This document shows, one piece after another, positions 12,501 to 26,000 of a stretch of DNA of 64,000 bases. Position numbers and translations under genes: made by a program. Below the pieces are notes generated by a model. That model searched no databases. It saw only the letters and a program-made list of their open reading frames with translations, and was not told where the DNA came from. The stretch is taken from the NCBI GenBank assembly GCA_965649765.1, contig OZ287757.1:24180001-24244000 (forward strand), read 5' to 3'. Numbering within the stretch: the stretch's first letter is position 1; each line of letters begins with the position of its first letter. This DNA comes from Bispira polyomma (taxonomy: Eukaryota).

Positions 12501-15500
12501 CAAAAAAAAAAACCATGTTAGAGTAAGGAATCTAATTAAATATTACTCAAATTTTTTATCATTTTTACAATTTTTTTCAAAATCATTGATTTTGAATTTT
12601 ACTGTGCAGCTTGAGAATAAACTCGTTTGATTTTAAAATTTGCTTTAATTTTTGTAAAAGTATTATGATCAAATTAATCGCAATACTAATTTATGAAAGT
12701 GTAGCTTTCACACTTTATTTTTAGAATACTAAGATGTGAGTAATATTCAAAGATTTTATGTTAAATGCTGTATCCAATATATATTGCTTTACCAATGTTG
12801 TATTGCAAAGCATGGTATTGCAAATAAATGTTGGGGATATGTAGAATTTTTAATATAATATTGTTACATACGCTTAGTTGTTAGTGTATGGTTGTTGCAT
12901 GGGATATCGAGGATGTAAGCAAGCGCATAGTACCTCACCAAAAGTAATAGTGCCTTAAAAAATTATATACTAATTTTTACCAATAAAAATCGCCGTTTTA
13001 CATATTTTAAACTAACGTGAAACGCCAATCCTCGGATTTGGATGCTCCTCAATATCCCATGCACTGACTATATATTTGCTAAGACTCATAAACTGTTAAA
13101 AATGATATAAAATCGAAGTAACACCTAAAAACTGAAGGCCTGGTTGACATGTCCATCCTTAAGCAGTTAGTGACAGGCTAAAAATGAATATTGTTAAAAA
13201 AATCATATCATTTAGCAATAATTAAAAAACAAAACTAAAAGGCTGGTTACTGGGTCCATACTTGATCAGTTAGCGACAGGCTAAAATATTTAACATTAAA
13301 AAATGTTCAAAATGAAAACAAAGACACAGCAAAATCACAAACAACAAAATAATAGAGAGACACATTCTAGTAACTAAGGAGAGACGTGTGTATAACAAGC
13401 ACCAAAGATCTTGTCGTAACCGTTAGATCCCTCCAATGAGCTGCCCTGACTTCTCTCATGTCTCTCAAAGGACAGCAGGGAGTTACTGGTGTCCCCTGTA
13501 TTTACATCACCTAGATATAGGATACACGTGATTTATATGTCACCTAGATAACCATACATAATTGTCAGCAGGGAGTTACTAGTGTCCCCTATGTTCATAT
13601 CACCTAGATATAGGATACACACAATTTATATGTCACCTAGACAACCACACATGATTGACAGCAGAGAGTTACTGGTGTTCCTTGTCTTTAGTAGTGATTC
13701 CACATTCAAGTTCGATCAGCAAAATGGGCCCAATTTTAAAGTCTGGAAGGTCGGGGCAAAAAAATCAATAACATCCGTTTTTGGGCGGGAAAATTAAAAT
13801 GTGGGGCGACCTTCCCAAGCGAACGGGACGCTGACCCCGATTTTACTTGAACCTATATAGGATCAAACTTACTGGTGATAGGATCTGACGTATCGCCCTA
13901 GGTTCGAACGTATCGCCAATAGGATCTGACGGATTCATATCCGCGATCATAAGGATCAAACTTATAAAAAGTCAAAGTCGGGAGTGTTATGGTATAATAT
14001 AGATGACAAAATGAGGTTATTGTAACTGAAATAAAAGAAATAATACCTGTTTAGACCTCATTTTTGATGAAAGTTTGTTGTAAATAACAGCAAAAAATTT
14101 CATCGTTCGTGTACATGAACTGTATCGGAAGTGGGTTTGATGTCGCAAAGGTAGACAACTTTTAAACTGATTTCTGTTATCGAGACTGACAAATGGGCTT
14201 ATATGTGTATCTTCATATATAAATTATTCCCTACCTGCCAGACCACCCCGTTTTTGCCCCCCGACCAATACGTTTCGATGGCCCAGTAATAGGATAGGCC
14301 TGGAGTGACATAAGACCTATCAGACAGAACGTATCGCCAATAGGATCAAACTTATTCGCCGAAGCCGACCGTCCATTTTTAGAGGTTGGGGACGCAAGTC
14401 GGAACCATTTTTAAAAAAGTTAAGCATGCTTAACTTTCTTCCCAACCTTTCCGACCACCCCGTACACGCCCCGGACCTCAATGTTGGGAAGGTGGGGGAC
14501 TAAATCACCTAGATATAGAATACACACAATTGATCTATCACCTAGATAACCACACATAATTGACAGCAGGGCGTTACTGGTGTCCCCTGTCTTTACATCG
14601 GGAACCCCTTTACATCACCTAGATATAGGATTTACACCATTGATATATCACCTAGACAACCATACATGTCCCCTGTCTTTACATCACCTAGATATAGGAT
14701 ACACACAATTGATATATCACCTAGACAACCACACATGATTGACAGCAGGGAGTTACTGGTGTCCCATCTTTACATCGGGAACCCCTTTTATATCACCTAG
14801 ATACAGGATTGAAAAATCTATGAATATTAAACGGGTGGCACTGGCTTCAGCTTACATGGACATTTATGAGGTTGTTGAAACTGAAGGATGGGTAAAAGCC
14901 AACTACAGCCACACAGTGCTTTATACAAAAGGCTGAGTATTTTAAAGTGTAGGTAATGGAATCAATTCAAATACTGTAGACAGGAGTCATACAAACGTAC
15001 CTGTGTGGTCACTAGGGGTCAGTACTAGACTCTTCTCATGTTGTTCAAATGATAACAATGAGACGTCGGTCACTTTGCCGCTGGAGTTGGCATCATTGAT
15101 TGTGTTACCATTGTAATGTTGACTGATGTTATCACTATTGATACTCAGTAAGGTGAGATCAGGTTCATCAGTAATTCCTGTCTCAGTATCTTCCTAGTAA
15201 GTACAGTAAAACATCATTAAAGATCAATTAAGAGTCGATGATCTGTTGAAAAATCTTTGCGATTAAACAACCTAGTAACAATTGGCTGAGTTCCAACTCT
15301 ACTTGTGACCATTTATTTTAATAGAGCTCTAGGTGCTGAATTCCGTAAAACATCATTAAATAGTCGATGATCAGTCAGAAAATCCTTGCAATTAATCAAC
15401 CTGGTTATGATTGGCTGAGTTCCAACTGTACTTGTAACCATTTATTTTAATAGAGCTCTCGTTGCTGAATTCAAATATACAGTCAGAATTCATCTATCTT

Positions 15501-18500
15501 TACTCTAGCCAAAGGTATATGTGTCCCTTAGGCTTGTCCTTACCCCAGTAAACTTGTGTGCACCCTGTCCTTCACCCCATGTGTTACTCATTATACATGG
15601 AATAACCATATACTTGTGACGATTCATTTTAATAGAGATTTTAGCACTGAATTTAAATGTGTAGTCAGAGTTCACCTATCTTTACTCTAGCCAGAGATAT
15701 GTGTGTGTATACCTTAGACTTGTCTTTACCCCAGTAAACACTCCAGTACCCAGTCCCTTTTAACTGACTTAAAGACCATGCTTTACTCACTATACATACA
15801 ATCACCTATACTTGTGACCACTTATTTTAATAAGAGGTTTTAGTGCTGAATTCAAATATACAGTCACATTTCACCTATAATTTTCCTTACCCCCATAAAC
15901 TCCAGCAGCCCCTTTGAAGTCACCCTCTGTCTCTCTTCTTCATGTCTGTCACTCATATGTTTAGACTCCTCCCATAACCAAAAACCACTATAAATGGAAT
16001 GACCCTAGACTTTGACCATTCAATTTAATAGAGCTTTCAGCACTGAATTTAAATCTGCAGTAAGACGCCACATATCTTTACTCCAGCTATTGATATAGGT
16101 GTCCCTTAGACGTGTCCTTACCCCAGTAAACAGACACCCTCTATAGTAACCCTCTGTATCTCTTCCTCGTCTCTGTCACTCATACATTTAGTCTTCTGCA
16201 ATAACTAAACACCATGTATTACTCACTATACATTGAATGACCCTATACTTGTGACTAGGGGTGGGATCGTCCGCCATTTTGCAGATCGAGTGTCGAGCCT
16301 ACAATAGCGAGTTGAACTCGAGTAGCCGAAATATCAGTCATTGCAAAGGTCTAACTGTCCCAAATCCGGAAAGCCGCGAATTTAGTATGAACCAATCTCA
16401 GATACCAGTCTATAATATGGCGGCTGATGTAAACATACCACCAAACGGAACCTAGAGAACCAAAATGGCAAATATGTGGTGGGATATTGAAAATTATAAG
16501 GAAAATGTATATTAACTGTAAGAATTAGACCTAAATTATTGTTTTTATCTGTTTTGGATGTACATGTGCGAACTCGAGTGATGGAATGCACGACTCGATG
16601 TATGCTTCCATTATCACCCACCGAGTCCCGACTCGAGTTACGGTCAACTCGTCCCAGCACTACTTGTGACCATTCATTTTAATAGAGCTTTCGGTGCTGA
16701 ATACAAATATGCAGTCACATGTTGCTTATGTTGATATTTGTGTAACTGAGACTTGTGCTGACCCCCAGTAAACTCTAGCACACCCTGTGTAGTCACCCTG
16801 TCTCTCCTCTTCATGTCTGTCACTCATACATTTAGACTCCTCCCATAACCCAACACAATGTGTATACATGAACCTTACCGCAGTAAACTCTAGCGCCCCC
16901 TCTGTAGTCACCCTCTGTCTCTCCTCTTCATGCCTGTCACTCATACGTTTAGACTCCTCCCATAATCAAAAACCATGTGTATACATGAACCTTACCACAG
17001 TAAACTCTAGCGCCCCCTCTGTAGTCACCCTCTGTCTCTCCTCTTCATGCCTGTCACTCATACGTTTAGACTCCTCCAACAACCTCTCGTGTTTTCTCAT
17101 CGTCTCCTCAATCCTACGAGTCAGGTCGTCTAGTGGTGTCTTGTCCACACTGGACATCTGACCACTCACACCAATACTAACACTCTCCTCCTCTCTGTTC
17201 TCACCTATAGTCGTAGGGCGGCTCCGATCTGTGAGATAGACAAAAGGATTTTGGGATAGTACACCCTTATGTATTCAATTTTGATGAGTTTCATGTTTTA
17301 GTTCTCTCAAATTACGATTTCCTATGCTTTTTACACTGAAAATACCTCTATTTCTATTTTTGATACCGACCCAGTCCAACATGCCGCCAACCGACATCCT
17401 ATCTTTAGTACTCCGATCTGTGACAGAGACAAAGGGAATTGTGGGATATACAATTACACACAAAACAACCGGATGTATTCAATTTTTATAAGTTTTATAT
17501 TTCAGTTCTTCCAAATTATGTTTTGATATGATATGATAGATTTTTAATGTGCCTAATTTAGGCTAGGCATCTTCTAAAGCGCAACATCATTGACAAAACT
17601 GTTAACATCGTAGTTTGTTTCGAATGCAAGTTCGTGAACGGGGGGTGATGTGGAGGAGAAAGATGTCTATGAAGGGTAAGCGAGGGTGAATAGAAATATC
17701 TCTATTTCTATTTTTGATAAAGACCTAGTCCAACATGCCATCAACTGACATCCTGTCTTCCAAGAGGCTTAGTGCCACCGAAATAAGCACTAGCCAGAGT
17801 GTCCAGCTACTTCATGAATTACATAATCATAAATATTTTTTTTTTAACCTTTTAGCAAGTTCTATATTTTTTTTAACTTTTAGCAAGTTCTATATTTTTT
17901 TTAACTTTTAGCATGTTCTATCCATGCATAAACTGTAATTATAAATACCCACATATTATCACATTTATCCTAAAAAATTATGAACTAAAACAATAGAAAC
18001 AATGCATTTTAAATGGAGTGGCAAGTCCTTAACTTAACAAACACACTTTATAACACAGCAGAAACTCTATTGTCCAAACTTCTATTTAACTAAATATTCA
18101 ATTTTTACAAACTCAATTTCACTCTGCCTAATTTATATCTTTGCTTTATACTTCAATACCCCTTCTATTTTATGAACGACATTCTATTATCCAAACAAAT
18201 TATCACTCTCCCAAGTGTTCAGTTAATAGAGGTTCTCCACTCTATCCTCTCTACAAACAGAGCTTACCTGTAAGACCAGTAGAAAATGTAGGGAACGCCA
18301 GTCCTTGGGTTGTGCTAGGCATGCGACCTTGAGAGGTCAGGGGCTGGCTGAAGCCAATGTCAGATGAACTGGCAGACATCATACGAACATCAGGATCACC
18401 CGATGCAAACCTACAAGTGGGAAAAGAAGCTTTAGGAAAATGAAGTGGCTCTTGAGTCAACAGTGAATACTACATCTATAATAGATCTAATCTAGTCATT

Positions 18501-21500
18501 TTTAGGCATGAAATATTCCCTATAAAAGAGCCATAACATTCTAAGCATAGGCAAAATTCAACCAAAAGGTTAGCACTCAGTCCGGGGAAAGGACGGCTAT
18601 GTTGGAAAGGCTTGGTTTTGAAAAGATGAGATTCAAGGTGTTTTCCAAAAGAGGAACTGCTTAAATAGACTGTCTGTAGTTTAAATTTGTCAATAGTACT
18701 TATTTAGCAAGAATGGATCCAAGTAGAAATAACCCTGTAGGAGGATGGGTTTGTTTTAAATATATCATTTTTATAATATACATATGTAAAAGAAACCATT
18801 ACACAGATAGATAACAGGGCTGAAACCAATGCTGAAGCACTACTGTAAATGACCAGCATACGGCAAGTACCTTACAAACAGTTAGTATATGGATGTTTTA
18901 CTGTCCTTATTTCCTAACACACTGACAGTTAACCACCCACCTCACAACAGAAGCCTTGGAATCCTGAGCCTGATGCCTCTCATCACTAAACACACTCTCT
19001 GAGCCAGTCTGGGAACCAGCCTGAGAATCTGTTTGGGAACCAGACGCTGAGGCCGGCGCCGAGCCTTCAGGCTGGGAACCAGACTTTGATGAGGAGGAGG
19101 AGTACTCTGCACTCGTTGGTCCGAACTGTGACGTCCTGGTGGTATGATTGGGGTCCATACTGTACTGCGTGAGAGAGAACTCAGTGGTCTTCGACATCCG
19201 AAATGGCTGGGATGGGTCTGTTTGGTTACCTAGGTTATAACCTGCAGTACTGACGGCAACTCCCCCTCCTGGTGTTACAGAATGTGGTGGTAGAGTGGTG
19301 TCATCTCTCGATTTGTACTACAACAGTAAAGAAAAGCATCATATTACATTGATATATTAAAATATTTACCATTTACAGGGGTCCACATTTTAATATTGAT
19401 CATCCATTCACTGCTTTGATATGGAAATGGACATAGTTAAAAACCCCATTTTAGTCGAATCTCTAAAGACCAGGAGAAATGCTTCTACTTAAGCATGATT
19501 TCCACTAAACAGGATAGCTTTTGAAAGAGGAGGCTTTTGTACGACTACAATTTATTCTCCACATAGACAAAAAGAACTTGACCCAGTTCTGCTTAAAAGG
19601 GTTTAACTGTATTAATACAATTAATTGTAAACATTTTACCATGCTATAAAACTGGATTGTATTAATAACTTACTGAAACATCTCTTATTTAAGTAGTTTT
19701 TACACATTTTCACGAGAATTTTATTTTTAGTGCTATCTTGTTTACCGTCTAGAAAGTACTAAACCACAACGAAAGTCTTAAAACACACTACACCATCTGT
19801 TTGCAGGTACATGCTGTACAAGTGCAAATTTTAGCTGAAAGAAATTTTTACTAATTTACAATTTTTTAGATGATCACTTTTGGCTATTTTCTAATTATCA
19901 ATACAGATTCAAATTTTTACTGGGAATTAAGTTTTACCATTTAGTTTCCCCAGCTAAAATTAATTGCTACTGAAAATTTCAACTTATATCGTATTGCAAT
20001 ATGAAATTGGAAAAAGCTAAATATTTTTCCACTGTCAGTCACTTCTTGGTATTAGAGAATTATAAATGAAATTATTACGCTAATTTTCATCATTTCATGA
20101 CATCAAAAAACCACAAATTTGGATAACATTAGTACAGATAAAATTCTACTATCATATACCGCACACATACTGACCCCAGATTTGTACTGCGTCAGGTCGT
20201 TATCAGTAGATCTCGCAGAGTCTCTAGATTTACTCTCTGACCCCGACGAGCTCCTCCCACTACTGAGGGCATACTGAGAAATCTCCTGTGTCTTCACGCC
20301 AGTACTGGGCGTCTGGCTCATTGTTGCCATGGTAACACTAGGATTGGTATTGTGAATGGAGAAGATTTCCGATGGCATAGCGTCGGAGTAACGCCCGTAA
20401 CCTGGGACAGTTGGATCGGAAGCTGGTTCTGCAGGAGCTTTACTCGACAACAGAGCGGCTTTTCTCAAGTCGCTCACATCGGTCACCACAGGAATGTCTT
20501 TCCTAGCTGGAGTCGAAGACAGTGGACGCATGTTATAGGGAGCGGGTTTGTTGAATTCCTTCTCTGAAGGACTGCATTCTTGTAATTCTAGAAAGGCATT
20601 ACGATCCCTAGGCAAGTCATCAGGAATGGTAGACGCAAATGTGTTATCCGTATCATTGCTTAAGAGTGGGGCAAAGCCACTGGCAGAAACCGGTGCAAAC
20701 TGGTTTACACCGGTAGAGTCCTCTTCTGCTCCAATAACAATATCCTGTCTATACTGGCTCAATCTGGATGAAACTGGTTCCGATTCTCCCACAGGAATAC
20801 CTCTGGTTTGTTCCAAATATGGTTGTTGGCCAACTAAATACAGTACACAATACATTGTTAAAAGTAGCATCGAAGATATAAACTGGTCATAAAATAATAT
20901 TAACATAACATAATACGTGTTAATAGAATTTGGACTTGCTAGACATTGGGACGGAAAGAATCGCTCACATAGGGAAACTTTGAGTAATCACATGGTTTAG
21001 TATTCACAACCGACTAGCATTGTGGTAAACAATAATATGGAGGCTTCCGGAAACAAATCTTTCATTACATATTGTAGAATATATAATTAACTATTCATTA
21101 TAAAATGAAAACAAAATGTATTGAAATTATTGGGTGGCAAAAATGCGGTTACAGGAGTTATTTGACTGACATTGAATAATAAGTGAGTGTTAACCTAATC
21201 TTTTTAAAGAATCAAGTTGAAAAGGATCCATTCGAGTCTTTGTAAAAATGGACTCATTGTATTGTATATTTTACTAGGCTTTATTGATGCAAGGCATCTT
21301 CTAAAGCGCACCAACCAAATCAATCAAAGAATCATGTGTTCTATAACATAGCGATCTTGCCCAGGGTTGTTATCCTACCAATAAATCTAGTGACATCAGC
21401 AGGAGTCAAAAGAGGACCTTCTGACTACCAGACCAACTCCCCCACTGGGAGTTGAACCGGGGACATTTTTATTACCAGACCAACTCCCCCACTGGGAGTT

Positions 21501-23020
21501 GAACCGGGGACATTTTTATTATCAAGAGTTGAACTGGGGACCTTCTGATCACCAGACCAACTCCATAACTGGGAGTTGGACCACTGACTTGATCACCAGA
21601 CCAACTCCATAACTGGGAGTTGGACCACTGACTTGATCACTAGACCTACTTCCTAACCACTAGGCCATGGGAGACCCCATACAGTAAGCACTGACTGCAA
21701 ATTTACAACACCGACACACACACACCTGTTGATGTCTGTGAATTCTCTGCCAGAATGTGGTGCCAGTTCCTGGTGTCCATGGGTTTAGAGCCCGCAGATA
21801 CAGTACTAGTGTCTGGAGTGTAGTAAGACTGTGTGTCTGCTAGTGTGGTACTGGTACCTCCAGTCTCCTCAAACCCCACCAAGCCAGGGTACAGAGAGGT
21901 ACCTTTAGTACCATCAGGGTACAGCAGAGGTGGGAAACGACTGTCTTCTTCCTCATCTGAAATTAAGGTACGATAATATAAAATACATGCACAGTGAACA
22001 CTTCATCGGAACAGTACAGTTGTATCAATACTGTAAAAGCTGGTGAACCAGTTGTTGTTTGGTTGGTTTCTTGATTAAAATCAACAAGTTAAATTCAGAT
22101 TGTATTTAGAAATTTTGCATCAATTTACTTACCAATTTTAATATTTAAGTTGATTTTTTATATTTTGGAGTCATGAACTGATTTGTGCTACACAATTTGT
22201 GCTTCATTCTACCAACTCTCAGTGTATAAACTCCACATACTAAAGGATTTATTTTTTTCTGACAACAAGAACTTGCAAAGCCAAACCGACCTCAAATCCA
22301 TCTAAAAGTAAGGTAAGGCCATATAGTATACAGAATACTGAACGCCTCAGTATCATGAACACTTTTTCTGGGTCCAGTCTGCCACAAGTGAATTGTAAAG
22401 TACGTTCAAACAGTAAACACCTCTTTATAGTGAACACTTTGGCTGTGTCCGGTGAGTGTTCACTATATGGAGGTTTTACTCCATTCTGACCTTTCATGCA
22501 GTGAAACCTCCAAATATCTATACAATGAACTCGTTTTCCTGCTCCTTTTTCGACACTGGTGAATTGTACAGTACCTGTGACTAGTGAATACATTTTTTTT
22601 AAATTTTTTTTTACATGTATATTGTATTTCACACAGATTATATTGATTAAAATACGACGTCAACAAATGTTTTCTATCACTTCATGATAACAACAGATAT
22701 CAGGAAAGATATACATAGCAGTTGAGCTGTAGACTGAAGTCTTTTAAAAAAAAAATTTGCTTCATAGATAAACTAGAGTACTGGTTTGCAAATGAAAGAA
22801 AATTGTTTTAGCACAGCAAAAACAAAGCGTCCCAATGAGACATTGTGTCACGTCAAATGTATTTTGCTGGCTGCCAAAAATCGCCGGAGAACGATTTTCT
22901 GCATATACCCTCCGGGCCCAAAATCACTCTATCTGACACCTCTTCCGAGAAAAACGCGTTTTTGTGTTTAACATAGAAATTCAAGTTGGCCGCCAAAAAT
23001 GGTGAGACAGCGATTTTTGG

Positions 23021-23054
<34 letters not shown>

Positions 23055-26000
23055 TTTTTTTAAATTTGTGGAATTTGTAGAATTTGTTGGAATTTGTGGA
23101 TTTTTTTTTCGAATTTTAGAAATTTGTGAAATGTGTGGAATTCTTGAAAATAGAATTTTTGAATTTTTTGAAAAGTTGCAGATGGTGGCATGGACCCTGC
23201 GGCCCAAAATTTAGTCCAAATCGCTCTATCTCGCACCGTTTGCGAGATATTAAGGATTTTTCATTTTCATCGTTTTGAAAAAACGTTTAATTAATCGTTA
23301 ATAAGTCTGGGATTTTGTATTGGATCACTTCCTAAAGTTATCTACTTCCAAACATCTATATAAGAAACCTTACACGTGAATTTTCTTCTGTATCCAAAAC
23401 AAGGGGAATTTTTTTTCACGCCTTTTCTATTGGCTATAGCTCAGCAACCACTGGCCGGATTCTCTTCATAGTTGGCACATGTATGCAGTAGCCCTGGGGC
23501 AAACTTTTTAATATGACGTCATCACATTTCAACCAATCAGAGAAGTCACATGACCAAACAAGAACAGAATGGAGGGGCCCTTGTAGGCCACAAAGATAGA
23601 TTGGTATTTGAGTGAATGTTGATCATATCGTCAATTATTTATACTGCAACAGCCTTACAAATCAGGCACGGTACAGCAGAAAGTTTTTCTTCAATCCAGT
23701 GTCCATCCAGAGCAAAAGTCTAAATTTCAAAGTTTCACTGGTGACCTAAGAGTCAAAATTTTATGACGACTTTAAGGTTACAGCGTGTTTTAGTCATTCC
23801 AGATTTTAACTCCGAAACTGCTTGATGGATTTTAGTTTGTATTTGGTACACGGATGTATATGGACCTGAGGATGAACCCTATTGTATGGATCACTCAAAA
23901 TGCCAATCTAGCTTTGTGGCCTACAAGGGCCATTCCATTCTGTTCTTGTTTGGTCATGTGACTTCTCTGATCGGTCGAAATGTGATAACACCATATTACA
24001 GTGAAACTTTCATGAATAACAGTTTTTCAAATCTACAGTATTTTTATCCTCAAACAAGTACTAGGGTCAGCCCCTTTATTTGCTACCAAGTGTATAAAAT
24101 TATATTACTGTGGTTAATAATACTAAAATACTAATATGTCATGTGATGTAATGTTTGTATGTCATAAGGTAGTAAATAAAATGGCCTAAATTATATCCAT
24201 CTTTTATTACTCTTGTTTCAAACCTTTGTACTGCTATGCAGAGGGAATACCAGACTGTGGCTTGAGTGGTTCTAATTAAGTTCAGTTGTATGACAGATTA
24301 TGGCTCACTCCAACAAGTGACAACTGCTGTGGGCCTAAAAACCCTAAATTTTGACTTTTCACTTTAATTATACAGATTACGGTAATTAAGCTGTGAGGTC
24401 AAGCTTAATAAAATACTCCTGCCCTTGCCATAAATTGTAGTATTATGGTAGTGGCTTCATCTTCAGGACATAAATAGTATATGTGTGAGTTAGTCTTGTG
24501 TGTAAATTATGTATCAAGAAAAAGTGACTCTTATAATATAATTGTGTGTGGTCTGGTTATATGGGCAGCAGATTAGTATTTCAGCGTGTGCTACAGGTTT
24601 ACAGTAGCGGCTTCAAAATGGGTTTAAAAAGGTTGAGGGTGAACTGTCTGAATTGGACAGCTATTCAATTCAAGCTATGGTCCAATTAAAAAATATAACT
24701 TACAGATCTTTGGCCCAGACAGGGCTTGTGTATATATACTGGGAATCTTGTGTCAAACTTCAGTTTTAAAATTGATACCAATGCTGATGCTTTTATTTAA
24801 GTGAGGGCTGACATAACCTCACATTGGTATCTTTTCCCCTCCCACCTTTATAATTGTTTTAGTGTTATAGTTAGTATATATATGTGGGGGTCAGCCCCTT
24901 TTATTCCTACTTTTTATTCCTACCAAGTGTATAAAATTATATTGATGTGGTTAATAATACTAAAATACTGTGATGTCATGTTTCTATGTCATAAGGTAGT
25001 GAATAAAATGGCCAAAATTATATCTATCTTTTACTACTCTTGTTTCACACCTCGGTATTGCCATGCAGAGGGAATATCTAAACTGACAAAAGATGATTCA
25101 ATAAATATAAAGCTCCCCCCCCCCCCCCCTCGAGCTTCCTCTGTGTGTGTGTATAAATTAGTGCACCCCCACCATACACACAAATAGTGAGAGTATCCTG
25201 TGTGTGTTTGTAGTTGTGGGCTTCCAGGCTGTAGTTTGTACAGTTCCCCTCCCCCCCCCCCCCCCCCCAATCCCCCTTGAAACTAGAAAACAGTTTTTGA
25301 TAACAAAAACGAAGCGTCCCTAAAGTTAAAATAATAATGAAATTGTTTAGTGTACAAGGTTTGATATTGTTTAAAAGTTGATATATAAGCAGAATCGGCA
25401 CTTTTGGTCAAATATAAGCTCGAAATCGCTCTATATAGCACCATTTCCGAGATAACAGACATTTTCGAAAAAGAAGCAGAAATTGAAGATGGTTGCCCAA
25501 ATCAAAAATTACTTCAAAAGTTTACATATAGGGCAAATCAGCCCTGTGGGTCGAAAATGAGCTTGAAATCGCTCTATCTAGCACCGTTTCTGAGATAAAG
25601 AACATTTTCGAAAAAGAGCAGAAATTCAAGATGGCCACCAAAATCGAACTTTTTTTAAAAGTATAAATATAAGCAAAAACAACCCTGAGGTTCGAAAATG
25701 AGCTCGAAATCGCTCTATCTAGCACCGTTTTCGAGATAATGGACATTTTCGAAAAAAGCACAGAAATTCAAGATGGCTGCCAAAATTAAAAATGTTTTTG
25801 AAAGCTTACATATAAGCAAAATCAACCCTGTGGGTCAAAAATGAGCTTGAAATCGCTCTATCTAGCACCGTTTCAGAGATAAAGGACATTTTCGAAAAAG
25901 ACGCAGAAATTCAAGATGGCTGCCCCAATTGAACATTCTTTTAAAGTTTACATATAAGCAAAATCAACCCTGTGGGTCGAAAATAAGCTCGAAATCGCTC

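Noticed and set aside
13472-17077. Repeat-and-spacer appearance suggestive of a CRISPR array
   Set aside because: Eukaryotic intronic DNA; the spacers are homologous to each other and to exons, and there are no cas genes.
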